DNA of 64,000 nt, from assembly GCA_001795385.1 (NCBI GenBank), contig MGOU01000007.1:673-64672 (forward strand), read 5' to 3'. Positions 1 through 10,220 of the stretch are shown here, piece after piece. This DNA comes from Clostridiales bacterium GWD2_32_19 (GTDB taxonomy: Bacteria; Bacillota; Clostridia; Lachnospirales; UBA12420). Positions within the stretch are counted from its first letter, which is position 1. Every line of letters begins with the position of its first letter. The notes below the pieces were generated by a model. That model saw only the letters and a program-made list of their open reading frames with translations, was not told the DNA's origin and made no database searches. Both the position numbers and the translations under genes were made by a program.

Positions 1-61
1 AAGTGCAGAAAATAATTATATAACGACAAGTATTTTATAAAATTATTTTAGGAGGGATAAA

Positions 62-310
62 GTGTCGAGAAGCAATAAACCTATAGTACCAGAGGCTAAG
101 TATGCACTGGATGAATTTAAAGAAGAGATAGCACAAGAAATGGGAATTTCATTTTCAAATAATGACCAAGGTTACAAGGGAGATATATCAGCATATCAAG
201 CTGGAACACTTGCCAATATGTCTAATGGAAAAAATATAGGTGGGCAAATGGTAAAGAAAATGATAGAGAACGCAGAAATGGAAATGATAAAAAACAATAA
301 AAATAATTAA
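62..310 (+). CDS. alpha/beta-type small acid-soluble spore protein
   Basis: VPEAKYALDEFKEEIAQEMG and GGQMVKKMIE SASP motifs; AGGAGG RBS, GTG start. Confidence 0.9.
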   Translation: MSRSNKPIVPEAKYALDEFKEEIAQEMGISFSNNDQGYKGDISAYQAGTLANMSNGKNIGGQMVKKMIENAEMEMIKNNKNN

Positions 311-437
311 TACATTTTTATTGTTTTTTATTGCTAAAAAAAATAAATTAGTATAAAATAAGGCTAGTCTTAGAATATGGAATAGTGTCAGTACTATAAA
401 TATTTTACACTACCGAATATGGAATGGGGGAGAAACT

Positions 438-1256
438 ATGGCAATTGATTTTGAAATAAAGTTTTATGGAGTTAGAGGTACATATCCTGTTTCAGATAAA
501 AATATGATAAAGTATGGTGGAAACACACCATGTGTATATATGAAGGTTGCAGGTAAAAACTTTATATTTGACGCAGGTACAGGGATAATAAAGCTCGGAG
601 AGGAAGTAAATACAAAAGAATTTGATGCAAATATATTTATTACACATATGCATCATGACCACATACAGGGACTTTCATTTTTAAAACCTCTTTTTTTAGA
701 TGAGAATAGTAATATAAAAATATATTGTAAAAATTATAAAGAAGCTACTTTTGAAAGTATAATAAAAGCCTTTTTACATGAGCCACTTTTTCCTTATAAT
801 ATAGATACGTCAAAAGCAAAACACGAGTTTGAACCTATAGAAAGTGGAGATATAATAGAATTTGGAGATATAAAAGTGTACACAATTCAGAATAATCATC
901 CTGATGGAGGACTTGGATACAAGGTTACATATAATAATAAAAGCTGTTGTTACATAACTGATTATGAAGTAAAGGAAGAAAATATAGATGAACTAACGAA
1001 TTTTATAAAAGGTACAGATATTTTAATTATGGATGCTACCTACAACAAGGAAGAATATAAAGAAAAGGAAGGATGGGGGCATTCTACTTGGGAAGATGTA
1101 ACGCATATAGCAAAAGACGCAAAAGTCAAAAAACTATTTTTGTTTCATCATAAACCTACTAGAACGGATAGAGAACTCAATGAAATACAGAAAAATGCTA
1201 GAAAAATCTTAAAGAATACTTTTTGTGCAAAGGAAGATGAGAGGGTGGTACTATGA
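438..1256 (+). CDS. MBL-fold metallo-hydrolase (RNase Z/phosphodiesterase-like)
   Basis: GVRGT, YGGNTPC, DAGTG, THMHHDHIQG (HxHxDH), GWGHS, LFHH motifs. Confidence 0.9.
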   Translation: MAIDFEIKFYGVRGTYPVSDKNMIKYGGNTPCVYMKVAGKNFIFDAGTGIIKLGEEVNTKEFDANIFITHMHHDHIQGLSFLKPLFLDENSNIKIYCKNYKEATFESIIKAFLHEPLFPYNIDTSKAKHEFEPIESGDIIEFGDIKVYTIQNNHPDGGLGYKVTYNNKSCCYITDYEVKEENIDELTNFIKGTDILIMDATYNKEEYKEKEGWGHSTWEDVTHIAKDAKVKKLFLFHHKPTRTDRELNEIQKNARKILKNTFCAKEDERVVL

Positions 1257-2710
1257 AAAAGACGGGGGATTATTTACTAAAAACTCTTGATATAGGAATA
1301 GCACTTACTACCGAAAGAGACCCAAATAAATTACTAGAGAAGATTCTTAGGGAATCACGTGAAATAACACATGCAGATGCAGGAACATTGTATATAAAAG
1401 AAGGAAATGAACTACTGTTTAAAATTATACAAAATGATATAAGTAAAACATTTCTAGGAGAAGACGGCGAGAAAATAGACTTGCCACCTCTCAATATAAA
1501 AGGGGATAGCGTATCAGCTTATGTAGCAAGAACAAAGAAAACGATAAATATACCCAATATATACATGGAAACTAACTCATATCTTGAAGGGCCAAAGAAG
1601 TATGATAAAATGACAGGATATAAAACAGAATCAATGCTTGTTATACCTCTTATTAATAGGGAAGATGAAGTTATAGGTGTAATGTTGCTCATAAATGCAA
1701 AAAATCCAGAAGGAGAAGTAGTACCTTTCTTAAAGTATTATGAAAGGATTATAGCTTATTTTGCCTCGCAAGTAGCAATATATATGTCAAATATCAATTA
1801 CCTTGATGAAATACATAGATTATTTGGTTCTTTTGTTGAGGTGATGGTAACTGCTATAGATAAAAGAACTAGTTATAATGCAAGTCACACTAAAAATATA
1901 GTGATGTTTCTTGAAAAATTTATAACGCATATAAATGATACAAGACATGGATCTTTTGCTAATCAATATTTTGGACCTGAAAGATCAAAAGAAATAGTAA
2001 TGGCTGCATGGCTACATGATGTAGGTAAACTAGCAATACCACTTAATGTTATGGACAAGGCTACAAGACTTACCGAAAAGTATGATGTAGTTATAAAGAG
2101 AATACGCCTTGAAAAGTTGCAGGTAAAGGTTAACATGATGGAAGGAAAAATGGATAAAGAGGAATACGAGAGTAGAGAAAAATTTCTAGAAGAATCTGAA
2201 AAGATAATAGAAGTATGTAATAATCCTAATAAATATATAGACGATGATTTATTAAATAGCCTAAATGATGTTTATAATTATATTCCAATAAGCGAAGAGG
2301 AAAAACTTTTATGCGAAGAGGAATATGAAAATATAACTGTTAGAAGTGGAACATTAACCCAAAAAGAAAGAAAGATAATGCAAGACCACGTAGTATTTAC
2401 AAAGGATATGCTTGACAAAATACCTTTTACGGAGAAACTACAGCATGTAAAAAAATGGGCTTCAATGCACCATGAATTTTTAGACGGTTCAGGATATCCA
2501 GATGGATTAGACATAAAATCTATACCGTTTGAAGTTAAAATACTTACAATGCTTGATATATATGAGGCACTGATTTCATCTGATAGACCATATAGAAAGC
2601 CAATAGAAAGAGAAAAAGCAATAGATATACTTAAAACAATGGCAGAAGAAGGTAAACTTGACAAAGCGCTTGTATTTGAATTTGAAAAGAGCGGGGTATG
2701 GAAAGAATAA
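1253..2710 (+). CDS. GAF + HD-GYP phosphodiesterase
   Basis: GAF with YDKMTGYKTESMLVIPL; WLHDVGK, HHEFLDGSGYP, DRPYRK; ATGA overlap with upstream gene. Confidence 0.9.
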   Translation: MKKTGDYLLKTLDIGIALTTERDPNKLLEKILRESREITHADAGTLYIKEGNELLFKIIQNDISKTFLGEDGEKIDLPPLNIKGDSVSAYVARTKKTINIPNIYMETNSYLEGPKKYDKMTGYKTESMLVIPLINREDEVIGVMLLINAKNPEGEVVPFLKYYERIIAYFASQVAIYMSNINYLDEIHRLFGSFVEVMVTAIDKRTSYNASHTKNIVMFLEKFITHINDTRHGSFANQYFGPERSKEIVMAAWLHDVGKLAIPLNVMDKATRLTEKYDVVIKRIRLEKLQVKVNMMEGKMDKEEYESREKFLEESEKIIEVCNNPNKYIDDDLLNSLNDVYNYIPISEEEKLLCEEEYENITVRSGTLTQKERKIMQDHVVFTKDMLDKIPFTEKLQHVKKWASMHHEFLDGSGYPDGLDIKSIPFEVKILTMLDIYEALISSDRPYRKPIEREKAIDILKTMAEEGKLDKALVFEFEKSGVWKE

Positions 2711-2767
2711 AAGTTCTCATCCTAATGTAGGGGAGGAAATAGCTTGCAAAAAAGAGGAGGAACAGTT

Positions 2768-4564
2768 ATGAATAGAACTTTGAAATCACTGCTTGGAATT
2801 ATACTAGGTCTTATTATAATATTTGCATATTATAATACATTTTATAGTATTGAATATTCAATGCAAGATATGATATACCAAAAGCCAAGTGAAACAACTT
2901 ATGAAATAGCAATAATAGGTGTAGATGAGGAAAGTCTGGAAGAGTACGGCAGATGGCCATGGTCTAGAGAAAAGATAACAAATCTAGTAAAAATTATAGA
3001 ACAAGGTAATCCAGCGGTAATAGGTATAGACATATTGCTTTCAGAAAAATCAGATGAAAATTTAGACAAAGCATTAGTAGATGAGATAAAAAAGCATGAC
3101 AATATAGTTTTAGCTAAGATGGGTAAGTTTAATAATTATACTAAAGCAAATAATATGGAAGCTATAAAAATGGTTGAACCTTTTAAAGAACTAAATGAGA
3201 GTGCTATGACTGGGCATATTAATGTGTTTATTGATAAAGATGGAGTCGTAAGAAAGACACCTCTGTTTTATGACTATAAAGGGCAAAAAGTAGAAAGCTT
3301 TCCATACCAAATATACAAGAAATATTGTGAAAATCAGGGTATAGAGTCAGTAAAACTGGAAAATATCCCTCTTGACAACTGGAACAGAATGAATATATGG
3401 TTTAATGAAGGCTCGGAGTTGACTACTAAAAATGAAAGGAATAATATAAGGTATGAAGAGATATCTATTAATAGGATTTTAAATGGGGAAGTACCACCGG
3501 AGTATTTAGAAAACAGAATAGTTCTTATAGGACCATATGCTACAGGTATAGATGATTACTACTATACTCCACTTATAAAGGATGAACCTGTTTTTGGAAT
3601 ACAGATAAATGCAAATATAGTACAAAATCTCTTGGAGAAAAAATTTAAAACGGAGGCAAATGATTATGTAAATGTATTAATTTTATTGATTCTAGCTATA
3701 ATAACAAACTTATTATTCAGAAAAATAAAGCCTATAGTGTCACTTGTAATATTGATATTAATTACAACTGGATACATATTTTTATGTACTGTTTTAAATG
3801 GAAACAATTACATTGTGTACATAAGTTATCCGATAATATGGATTGTGCTACATTATGTGTTAGCATTACTTATGAGATATGTTGAGAAAATGAAAGAAGT
3901 TAAAGATATAACAAGTATGTTCGGAAAGTATGTATCACCAAAGATAGTAAAAGAATTAATATCAAAGGGTGAAAAGACTTTAAAACTAGGTGGTACAAAG
4001 AAATATGTAACATTGTTTTTTGTGGATATACGAGGATTTACAAGTATGTCAGAGAAACTTGAACCAGAAATTGTTGTAAGTGTGCTTAATGAATATTTTG
4101 AAACTTGCGTGAACTCGATATTTAAGTATGATGGGACTCTTGATAAATTTGTAGGAGATGAGATAATGGCTGTATTTAACTCACCTATAGATTTAGCAAA
4201 TCATGAGCTTGCAGCAGTTAAATCAGCGATACACATGAGAGATAGTGGAGTAGAAATGCATGACAGGATAAAAGAAGAATATGGCGTTGATGTACGATTT
4301 GGTATAGGTATAAATTCGGGGGAGGCTGTAATAGGTAACATAGGGACAAGCTTTAAAATGGACTATACTTGTATAGGAGATGCAGTAAACACAGCCGCAA
4401 GACTACAAGCAGTAGCAACCCAAGGACAGATAATAATAAGTAAGGTAGTATATGATAAAATAAAGGATTATGTAGAGGTAACAGATTTGGGTGAAGTAAA
4501 AGTAAAAGGTAAAGAAGACGCAATAAAAATTTATCAAGTTGATAAACTGGTGGTTAGCGAGTAG
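2768..4564 (+). CDS. CHASE2-domain membrane class III adenylate cyclase
   Basis: GRWPWSR and DKDGVVR (CHASE2), three TM helices, FVDIRGFT, DKFVGD, YTCIGDAVNTAARL; AGGAGG RBS before ATG 2768. Confidence 0.92.
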   Translation: MNRTLKSLLGIILGLIIIFAYYNTFYSIEYSMQDMIYQKPSETTYEIAIIGVDEESLEEYGRWPWSREKITNLVKIIEQGNPAVIGIDILLSEKSDENLDKALVDEIKKHDNIVLAKMGKFNNYTKANNMEAIKMVEPFKELNESAMTGHINVFIDKDGVVRKTPLFYDYKGQKVESFPYQIYKKYCENQGIESVKLENIPLDNWNRMNIWFNEGSELTTKNERNNIRYEEISINRILNGEVPPEYLENRIVLIGPYATGIDDYYYTPLIKDEPVFGIQINANIVQNLLEKKFKTEANDYVNVLILLILAIITNLLFRKIKPIVSLVILILITTGYIFLCTVLNGNNYIVYISYPIIWIVLHYVLALLMRYVEKMKEVKDITSMFGKYVSPKIVKELISKGEKTLKLGGTKKYVTLFFVDIRGFTSMSEKLEPEIVVSVLNEYFETCVNSIFKYDGTLDKFVGDEIMAVFNSPIDLANHELAAVKSAIHMRDSGVEMHDRIKEEYGVDVRFGIGINSGEAVIGNIGTSFKMDYTCIGDAVNTAARLQAVATQGQIIISKVVYDKIKDYVEVTDLGEVKVKGKEDAIKIYQVDKLVVSE

Positions 4565-4578
4565 AAAGGAATGATTTT

Positions 4579-5727
4579 ATGAATAAAGCTATTTATGCAT
4601 TTTCAGGTGATCCAATTACATACGGTCATATTGACATAATAAAAAGGGCTTCTAAAATATTTGATGAGATTATTGTTGCCATAGGAGTTAATCCAGATAA
4701 AAACTACATGTTTACTTTCGAGGAACGACTAGATATGGCAGAAAAAAGCCTTTGTTTATTTCAAAATATTAAAGTAGTTGGATTTAAGGGTTTACTAGTT
4801 GATTTTGCGTATGAGAGTAATTGCAATGTAATTATTAGAGGCATAAGAAATTCTGAAGATTTTGAGTATGAAAAAATATTATATGTAGCGAGTGAATCGC
4901 AAAAACTAGGTATTGAAACTTGCCCACTTTTCGCAAAACAAGATATGGTGCACATTAGTTCTAGTACAGTAAAGGCCTTACAAAAGGAGAATGGACTTAT
5001 ACATGAATATGTTCCTATGTATGTTAAAAAATGTCTGGAATATAAAATGTCAGGTCAATTTATAGTAGGCGTTACTGGAGAAATAGGTTCTGGAAAATCT
5101 TATATAAGTGAAATGTTAAAGACAATTGCAAAAAAACAAGGGATTGAGGTTCACAATATAGAGCTAGACTACATAGGTCATGAGATACTAGAGGAATTAA
5201 AAGAAGAAAAATATGAGAAAATAAGGGAAGAAATAGTAAATGCCTTTGGCAAAGAAGTGCAAAACGATGATGGTACCATAAATAGAAAGGTTTTAGGAAA
5301 CATAGTTTTCGATGATGCAGGAAAATTGAATAAACTAAATAGTATTATGTACACACCCATTATGGTTAGGTTAAGAAGAGAATTGTACGATAAACAAGGC
5401 ATAATACTAATAAATGCAGCACTTATTGCAGAATCTGGGATGACTTATATATGTAACAATAATATTATATTTATTAATGTAAATAAAGAAACTCAAAAAG
5501 ATAGATTGAAAGGGCGAGGATATTCAGATGACCAAATGTTGCATAGAATAAATTCGCAATATCATTCGTCTGAAAAACAAGTAAAGATAGAAGAAATAAT
5601 AAAAAAAGATAATTACGGAAAAATATGGAACATAGATAATTCAAACAATGCAACTGTTAAGGATATAGATGAATTACTACTTAACATAAAAGGCTATTTT
5701 GGGATTGGGGTGGAATATCTTACTTGA
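4579..5727 (+). CDS. bifunctional phosphopantetheine adenylyltransferase / dephospho-CoA kinase fusion (CoaD-CoaE)
   Basis: N-half DPITYGH, GLLVDF, IIRGIR, ISSSTVK (CoaD); C-half GVTGEIGSGKS, DGTINRKVLGNIVF, LNSIMYTP, RINSQ (CoaE). Confidence 0.88.
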   Translation: MNKAIYAFSGDPITYGHIDIIKRASKIFDEIIVAIGVNPDKNYMFTFEERLDMAEKSLCLFQNIKVVGFKGLLVDFAYESNCNVIIRGIRNSEDFEYEKILYVASESQKLGIETCPLFAKQDMVHISSSTVKALQKENGLIHEYVPMYVKKCLEYKMSGQFIVGVTGEIGSGKSYISEMLKTIAKKQGIEVHNIELDYIGHEILEELKEEKYEKIREEIVNAFGKEVQNDDGTINRKVLGNIVFDDAGKLNKLNSIMYTPIMVRLRRELYDKQGIILINAALIAESGMTYICNNNIIFINVNKETQKDRLKGRGYSDDQMLHRINSQYHSSEKQVKIEEIIKKDNYGKIWNIDNSNNATVKDIDELLLNIKGYFGIGVEYLT

Positions 5728-5902
5728 AAATGCTGATATTAGTACATGATTTGAATCTTGAGGAATGGATATAATATGGACTGTGTTACATTATGTGAGA
5801 GCATTACTTATGAGATATGTTGAAAAATGAAATAAATACTTTCGAATGTGAATTAAATTTATGGTGGCAGGATACTATCTTAATAGGGAAAGAGGATGAA
5901 AC

Positions 5903-6754
5903 ATGAGCAATAATGAAAGAATGTTACTTATAGCGGCATTACTGTGGGGATTTTCAGCACCATTAAATAAAATAATTTTACAAAGTACTTCAGAATTAAC
6001 TTTTATATGGGTTAGATTTTTAGCTGCAGCAATTATATTAACGATAGTTTTTTGGAAAAAGCTTAAAAGTGCTGATTTGAAAACTATCAAATACGGATTA
6101 TTACTAGGTGGTATTACGGCCACGGGTGCATTGCTTGAACTATCTGCAACTAGAATAATGAATCCAGCAAAACTTTATTTTATAATATCGATTGAGGCTG
6201 TTGTTATACCATATTTGGCATATGTTATTTATAGACAAAAGACTTCAAAGAAAGAAATAATAAGCGCCATAATTGCGAGCATAGGACTTATAGTAATAAA
6301 TATGAATGGCAGTAATATAGTATTAGGCTGGGGAGAGATGCTTGCAATTATGTGCACATTTGTATACTCTTTTAATGTAGTGTTTATGTCAAAAAATAAT
6401 AAAAAGTATGACAATATACTAATTACTATTTTTTTAATGTATGGTGCAGGTATTACTGGACTCATTTTAAACTTAATAACTTACGGAACGAATATGGCAG
6501 TCAAACCAGAAGGTATAGGATATATAATAATATCAATCATATTTATGACATTAATACCTTTTGTTTTGGAAACAAAAGCTTTTAGAGATATAAGTCCGAC
6601 AAGAGCTGGTATCATATACTCACTAATACCTATATTTGCGCTTGTAGCAGTCATGATATTTTTGCAAGATTTTTTAACAATTCAGGGGTATATAGGAAGT
6701 GCAATAATATTTTCAGCTCTTATCTATAGTAATACTAGAAAAATTAAAGCGTAG
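5903..6754 (+). CDS. DMT/EamA family transporter
   Basis: ~10 TM helices; AALLWG, WVRFL, SPTRAGIIYSL.PIFA. Confidence 0.88.
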   Translation: MSNNERMLLIAALLWGFSAPLNKIILQSTSELTFIWVRFLAAAIILTIVFWKKLKSADLKTIKYGLLLGGITATGALLELSATRIMNPAKLYFIISIEAVVIPYLAYVIYRQKTSKKEIISAIIASIGLIVINMNGSNIVLGWGEMLAIMCTFVYSFNVVFMSKNNKKYDNILITIFLMYGAGITGLILNLITYGTNMAVKPEGIGYIIISIIFMTLIPFVLETKAFRDISPTRAGIIYSLIPIFALVAVMIFLQDFLTIQGYIGSAIIFSALIYSNTRKIKA

Positions 6755-6792
6755 GTATGCAGAGGTAATAAAAATTTGAAGGGAAGTCAGAT

Positions 6793-8073
6793 ATGAGAAT
6801 TTTATTGAATAATGCTGATATTGTTACGGTGAATGAAGAAAATGAAGTTTTAAAAGGATACGATATAATAGTTGAAGAGAATAAAATAGGAGTTATTAAA
6901 CAATCCTCAGGTTTTCTATTACAAGGAGAATTTAATGAAGTCATAGACTGTACCAATAAAATAGTAATGCCTGGTTTTATAAATTGCCATACTCATACAC
7001 CTATGACCTTGTTCAGAAACTATGCAGATGACTTAAACTTACATGATTGGTTATATAAGAATATGTTTCCACTGGAAGAAAAGCTTACACCGGATATGTG
7101 TTATGCAGCAAGTAAATTATCTATAATTGAGATGATAAAAACAGGAACTACGACTTTTAATGACATGTATTTTTATATGAATGAAACAGAAAGAGTGATA
7201 GGGGAAGCTGGTATGATGGCTATGATAGGCGTATCTGCAAGTAACAAAACGGATCCTGATTTTAAAAAGTCTATAATGCTTTATGAAAAATTTAAGGATA
7301 ATAAAAATATAAAAATCAATTTGGCGCCTCATTCAATATATACCTGTACTGAAAAGTACTTGAAAAACATTTGCAATCTTTCAAAGGAATATAACATACC
7401 TGTCCACATACATGTATCAGAAACTAAAAAAGAGGTTGAAGATTGTATTCGTGAAAATGGCATAACACCTGTAAAATATTTAGAAAGTCTTGGATTATTC
7501 GATAGACCAGTAATTGCAGCACATTGTGTGCATGTGACAGACGATGATATTGATATACTAAAAAGGTATAATGTAAATGTAGTACATAACCCAGCAAGCA
7601 ACATGAAGCTAGCGAGTGGGATAGCGCCTATAACTAAAATGATAGATAAAGGCGTAAATGTGTGTCTCGGAACAGATGGGGCAGGAAGTAATAATAATCT
7701 AGATATGCTAAAAGAATTAAGGATGGCTTCATATCTTCAAAAGGTGAGTTCATATGATCCGACAGCTTTCAATGTAGATACAGCACTAAAAGTTGCCACA
7801 GTAAACGGTGCAAAAGCATTAGGCATAGAAAATTTGGGGCAAGTCAAGGAAGGTTACAAGGCAGACTTGATAATAATTGATGCAAATAAGACCTACTACT
7901 ATCCTAAAACTAATATAAAATCTCAGATTGTATACTCAGGGAACGCAGAAGATATAGAAACAGTTATAATAAATGGTAAGATAGTAATGAAGGGTAGACA
8001 AATGTTGACAATGGATGAAGAAAAGGTAAAGTACGAAGCTCAGAAGGCGTATGAGAAATTGATTGAAAATTAA
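6793..8073 (+). CDS. mtaD: amidohydrolase, 5'-methylthioadenosine/S-adenosylhomocysteine deaminase-like
   Basis: PGFINCHTH, HIHVSET, AAHCVH, HNPASNMKLASG, GTDGAGSNN. Confidence 0.8.
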   Translation: MRILLNNADIVTVNEENEVLKGYDIIVEENKIGVIKQSSGFLLQGEFNEVIDCTNKIVMPGFINCHTHTPMTLFRNYADDLNLHDWLYKNMFPLEEKLTPDMCYAASKLSIIEMIKTGTTTFNDMYFYMNETERVIGEAGMMAMIGVSASNKTDPDFKKSIMLYEKFKDNKNIKINLAPHSIYTCTEKYLKNICNLSKEYNIPVHIHVSETKKEVEDCIRENGITPVKYLESLGLFDRPVIAAHCVHVTDDDIDILKRYNVNVVHNPASNMKLASGIAPITKMIDKGVNVCLGTDGAGSNNNLDMLKELRMASYLQKVSSYDPTAFNVDTALKVATVNGAKALGIENLGQVKEGYKADLIIIDANKTYYYPKTNIKSQIVYSGNAEDIETVIINGKIVMKGRQMLTMDEEKVKYEAQKAYEKLIEN

Positions 8074-8098
8074 AAAATTGTTAAAGGGGGAAGTACAG

Positions 8099-9511
8099 AT
8101 GGATAAGGATTTAAAGATAAAATTTGACTTTAATTATATGATGGAGGATTTTATAGGAGAAAAGGGTATAAAGCATCAACAAATAAATGAGATACTTCAT
8201 AAGATTGTTAAAGCTCAAGAAAATATGGAGATAAAGAGAAAAGACGGCAAGATGGACTTTAGAGAGTTGCCGTACAACCAAGATGAAGTTGTAGAAGAAA
8301 TAAATAAATTTGTAGAAGACACAAAGGGTAAAATAGAAAATTTCGTAGTTTTGGGTATTGGAGGCTCTGCGCTAGGACCAATAGCAGTACAACAAGCTGT
8401 AAATCATTTATATTACAATGAACTTACAAAGGAAAAAAGAAATGGGTGTCCAAAGTTATATGTACTTGATAATGTAGATCCAGAAAGAATAGTAGCTTTA
8501 CTTGATATAATCGATATAGAAAAGACAATGTTTAATGTTGTTTCGAAATCAGGTGGCACGCCAGAGACGATGTCACAATTTATGATAATAGAAAAAATGC
8601 TTTTAGATAAAGTAGGTCAGGAAAAAGCAAAAGAATTAATGGTGTTTACAACAGATAAAGAAAAAGGAAATCTGATAAAAATATCTAAACAAAAAGGTTA
8701 CAAGATGTTTATAATACCTGAAGGGGTTGGAGGAAGATTTTCACAACTTACACCTGTAGGATTATTGCCAGCTGCCATGTGTGGAATAGATATAAAAGAA
8801 ATGCTAAAAGGTGCAGCAACGATGGACGAAATGTGTAAAGCACACGATATATTTGAAAATCCTGCGTATATGTATGCAATACTTCATTATATAGCAATGA
8901 CTAATGGCGCAAATATATCTGTTATGATGCCATATGCAGATTCTTTAAAATACATGTCAGATTGGTATGCACAGTTGTGGGCAGAATCTACAGGAAAGAA
9001 ATACGACACTGAAGGTGAAGTCGTAAACAGAGGTCAAACTCCAGCAAAGGCTTTGGGAGTTACTGATCAACATTCACAATTACAACTTTATACAGAGGGA
9101 CCATTTGATAAGATTGTGGTTCTGATGGGGGTTGGTGAGTATAAAAAAACTTTAGATATACCAAAAGTACATGAAGATATAGATAGCATAGCATTTTTAG
9201 GAGGACATACTCAAAATGAACTTATAAGCTTAGAACAAATGGCTACAGAGTATGCACTTCTAAAATCAGGTAGAATGAATATGACAATAACATTACCTAA
9301 GGTATGTGAGCATACGGTAGGGCAGCTCTTATATTTATTAGAAGTTGCGACAGTGTTTATGTGTGAACTCTTGGAGGTAGATTCATTTAACCAACCTGGA
9401 GTAGAAGAAGGAAAGAACGCGATGTATGCAATGTTTGGAAAACCAGGCTATGAAGAAAAGAAAAATGAATTAATGGCAAGACCTGAGAAAATGGAAAAAT
9501 ACATGATATAA
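8099..9511 (+). CDS. pgi: glucose-6-phosphate isomerase
   Basis: GIGGSALG, SKSGGTPET, VGGRFS, QLWAESTGK, DQHSQLQ, FNQPGVEEGK. Confidence 0.97.
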   Translation: MDKDLKIKFDFNYMMEDFIGEKGIKHQQINEILHKIVKAQENMEIKRKDGKMDFRELPYNQDEVVEEINKFVEDTKGKIENFVVLGIGGSALGPIAVQQAVNHLYYNELTKEKRNGCPKLYVLDNVDPERIVALLDIIDIEKTMFNVVSKSGGTPETMSQFMIIEKMLLDKVGQEKAKELMVFTTDKEKGNLIKISKQKGYKMFIIPEGVGGRFSQLTPVGLLPAAMCGIDIKEMLKGAATMDEMCKAHDIFENPAYMYAILHYIAMTNGANISVMMPYADSLKYMSDWYAQLWAESTGKKYDTEGEVVNRGQTPAKALGVTDQHSQLQLYTEGPFDKIVVLMGVGEYKKTLDIPKVHEDIDSIAFLGGHTQNELISLEQMATEYALLKSGRMNMTITLPKVCEHTVGQLLYLLEVATVFMCELLEVDSFNQPGVEEGKNAMYAMFGKPGYEEKKNELMARPEKMEKYMI

Positions 9512-9525
9512 AGGGGTTGGAAACG

Positions 9526-10197
9526 ATGGGACTATTTGATTTTTTCATAGCAAAACCAGATAATATTCAGACAAGAAGACCTGATTATAAAATATTAGAT
9601 GAAGAATTGGAAAAAGAAGAGCAGACTGTGAAAAATACCAAAACGGTAGCAAAGGTCATAAACTTTAGGGACGCCAAAATCGGAGATTTTATAATAATTG
9701 ATGACATTTCATATGAACTTGGAGATATTATATTATATTCGAATAAGGAAACGGGAGAAAAATTTTACAAATATGAATTAACGTCTGAGGATGTTCCTTT
9801 GTTTGATACTCCGTTAGGACCATTGAATAATGAACAAATAAGTGATGAAGAGTTTACAGATAAAGTTATGGGTATGTGTACATCTATATGGCTCAAGGTT
9901 GAACAAAACGCAATTTACAAATTTACTTATACCTTTAACTTTTCAGAAAATATAGGAGATAATGTAGTATACAATAAAGAAACCTACAATTTTGTAAAAG
10001 AGGGAGTGTTTGATAAGGAAAGTGAAAGGACATATGATGATGCAAATGACCTAGATAAAACTTGTGAATATTGTGAGTATAAAAACTCAAGAAATGATAT
10101 AATACTTATTGAGGAAGTCAATGAATATATAGATACAAGTGTAGGAAGTTTGATTATGGAGATAAATATTAGTGCACAAAGAGCAATAAAAGTGTAG
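9526..10197 (+). CDS. hypothetical acidic protein (possibly DUF4178-like)
   Basis: Long ORF with RBS between pgi and rubrerythrin; family resemblance weak. Confidence 0.65.
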   Translation: MGLFDFFIAKPDNIQTRRPDYKILDEELEKEEQTVKNTKTVAKVINFRDAKIGDFIIIDDISYELGDIILYSNKETGEKFYKYELTSEDVPLFDTPLGPLNNEQISDEEFTDKVMGMCTSIWLKVEQNAIYKFTYTFNFSENIGDNVVYNKETYNFVKEGVFDKESERTYDDANDLDKTCEYCEYKNSRNDIILIEEVNEYIDTSVGSLIMEINISAQRAIKV

Positions 10198-10220
10198 TTA
10201 TAAAAAGGAGAATAGATATT

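Noticed and set aside
3833-5832. 62-bp repeat pair as a DGR template/variable repeat
   Set aside because: No reverse transcriptase nearby, mismatches are not confined to adenines on either strand, there is an indel, and the coding copy is a TM helix.
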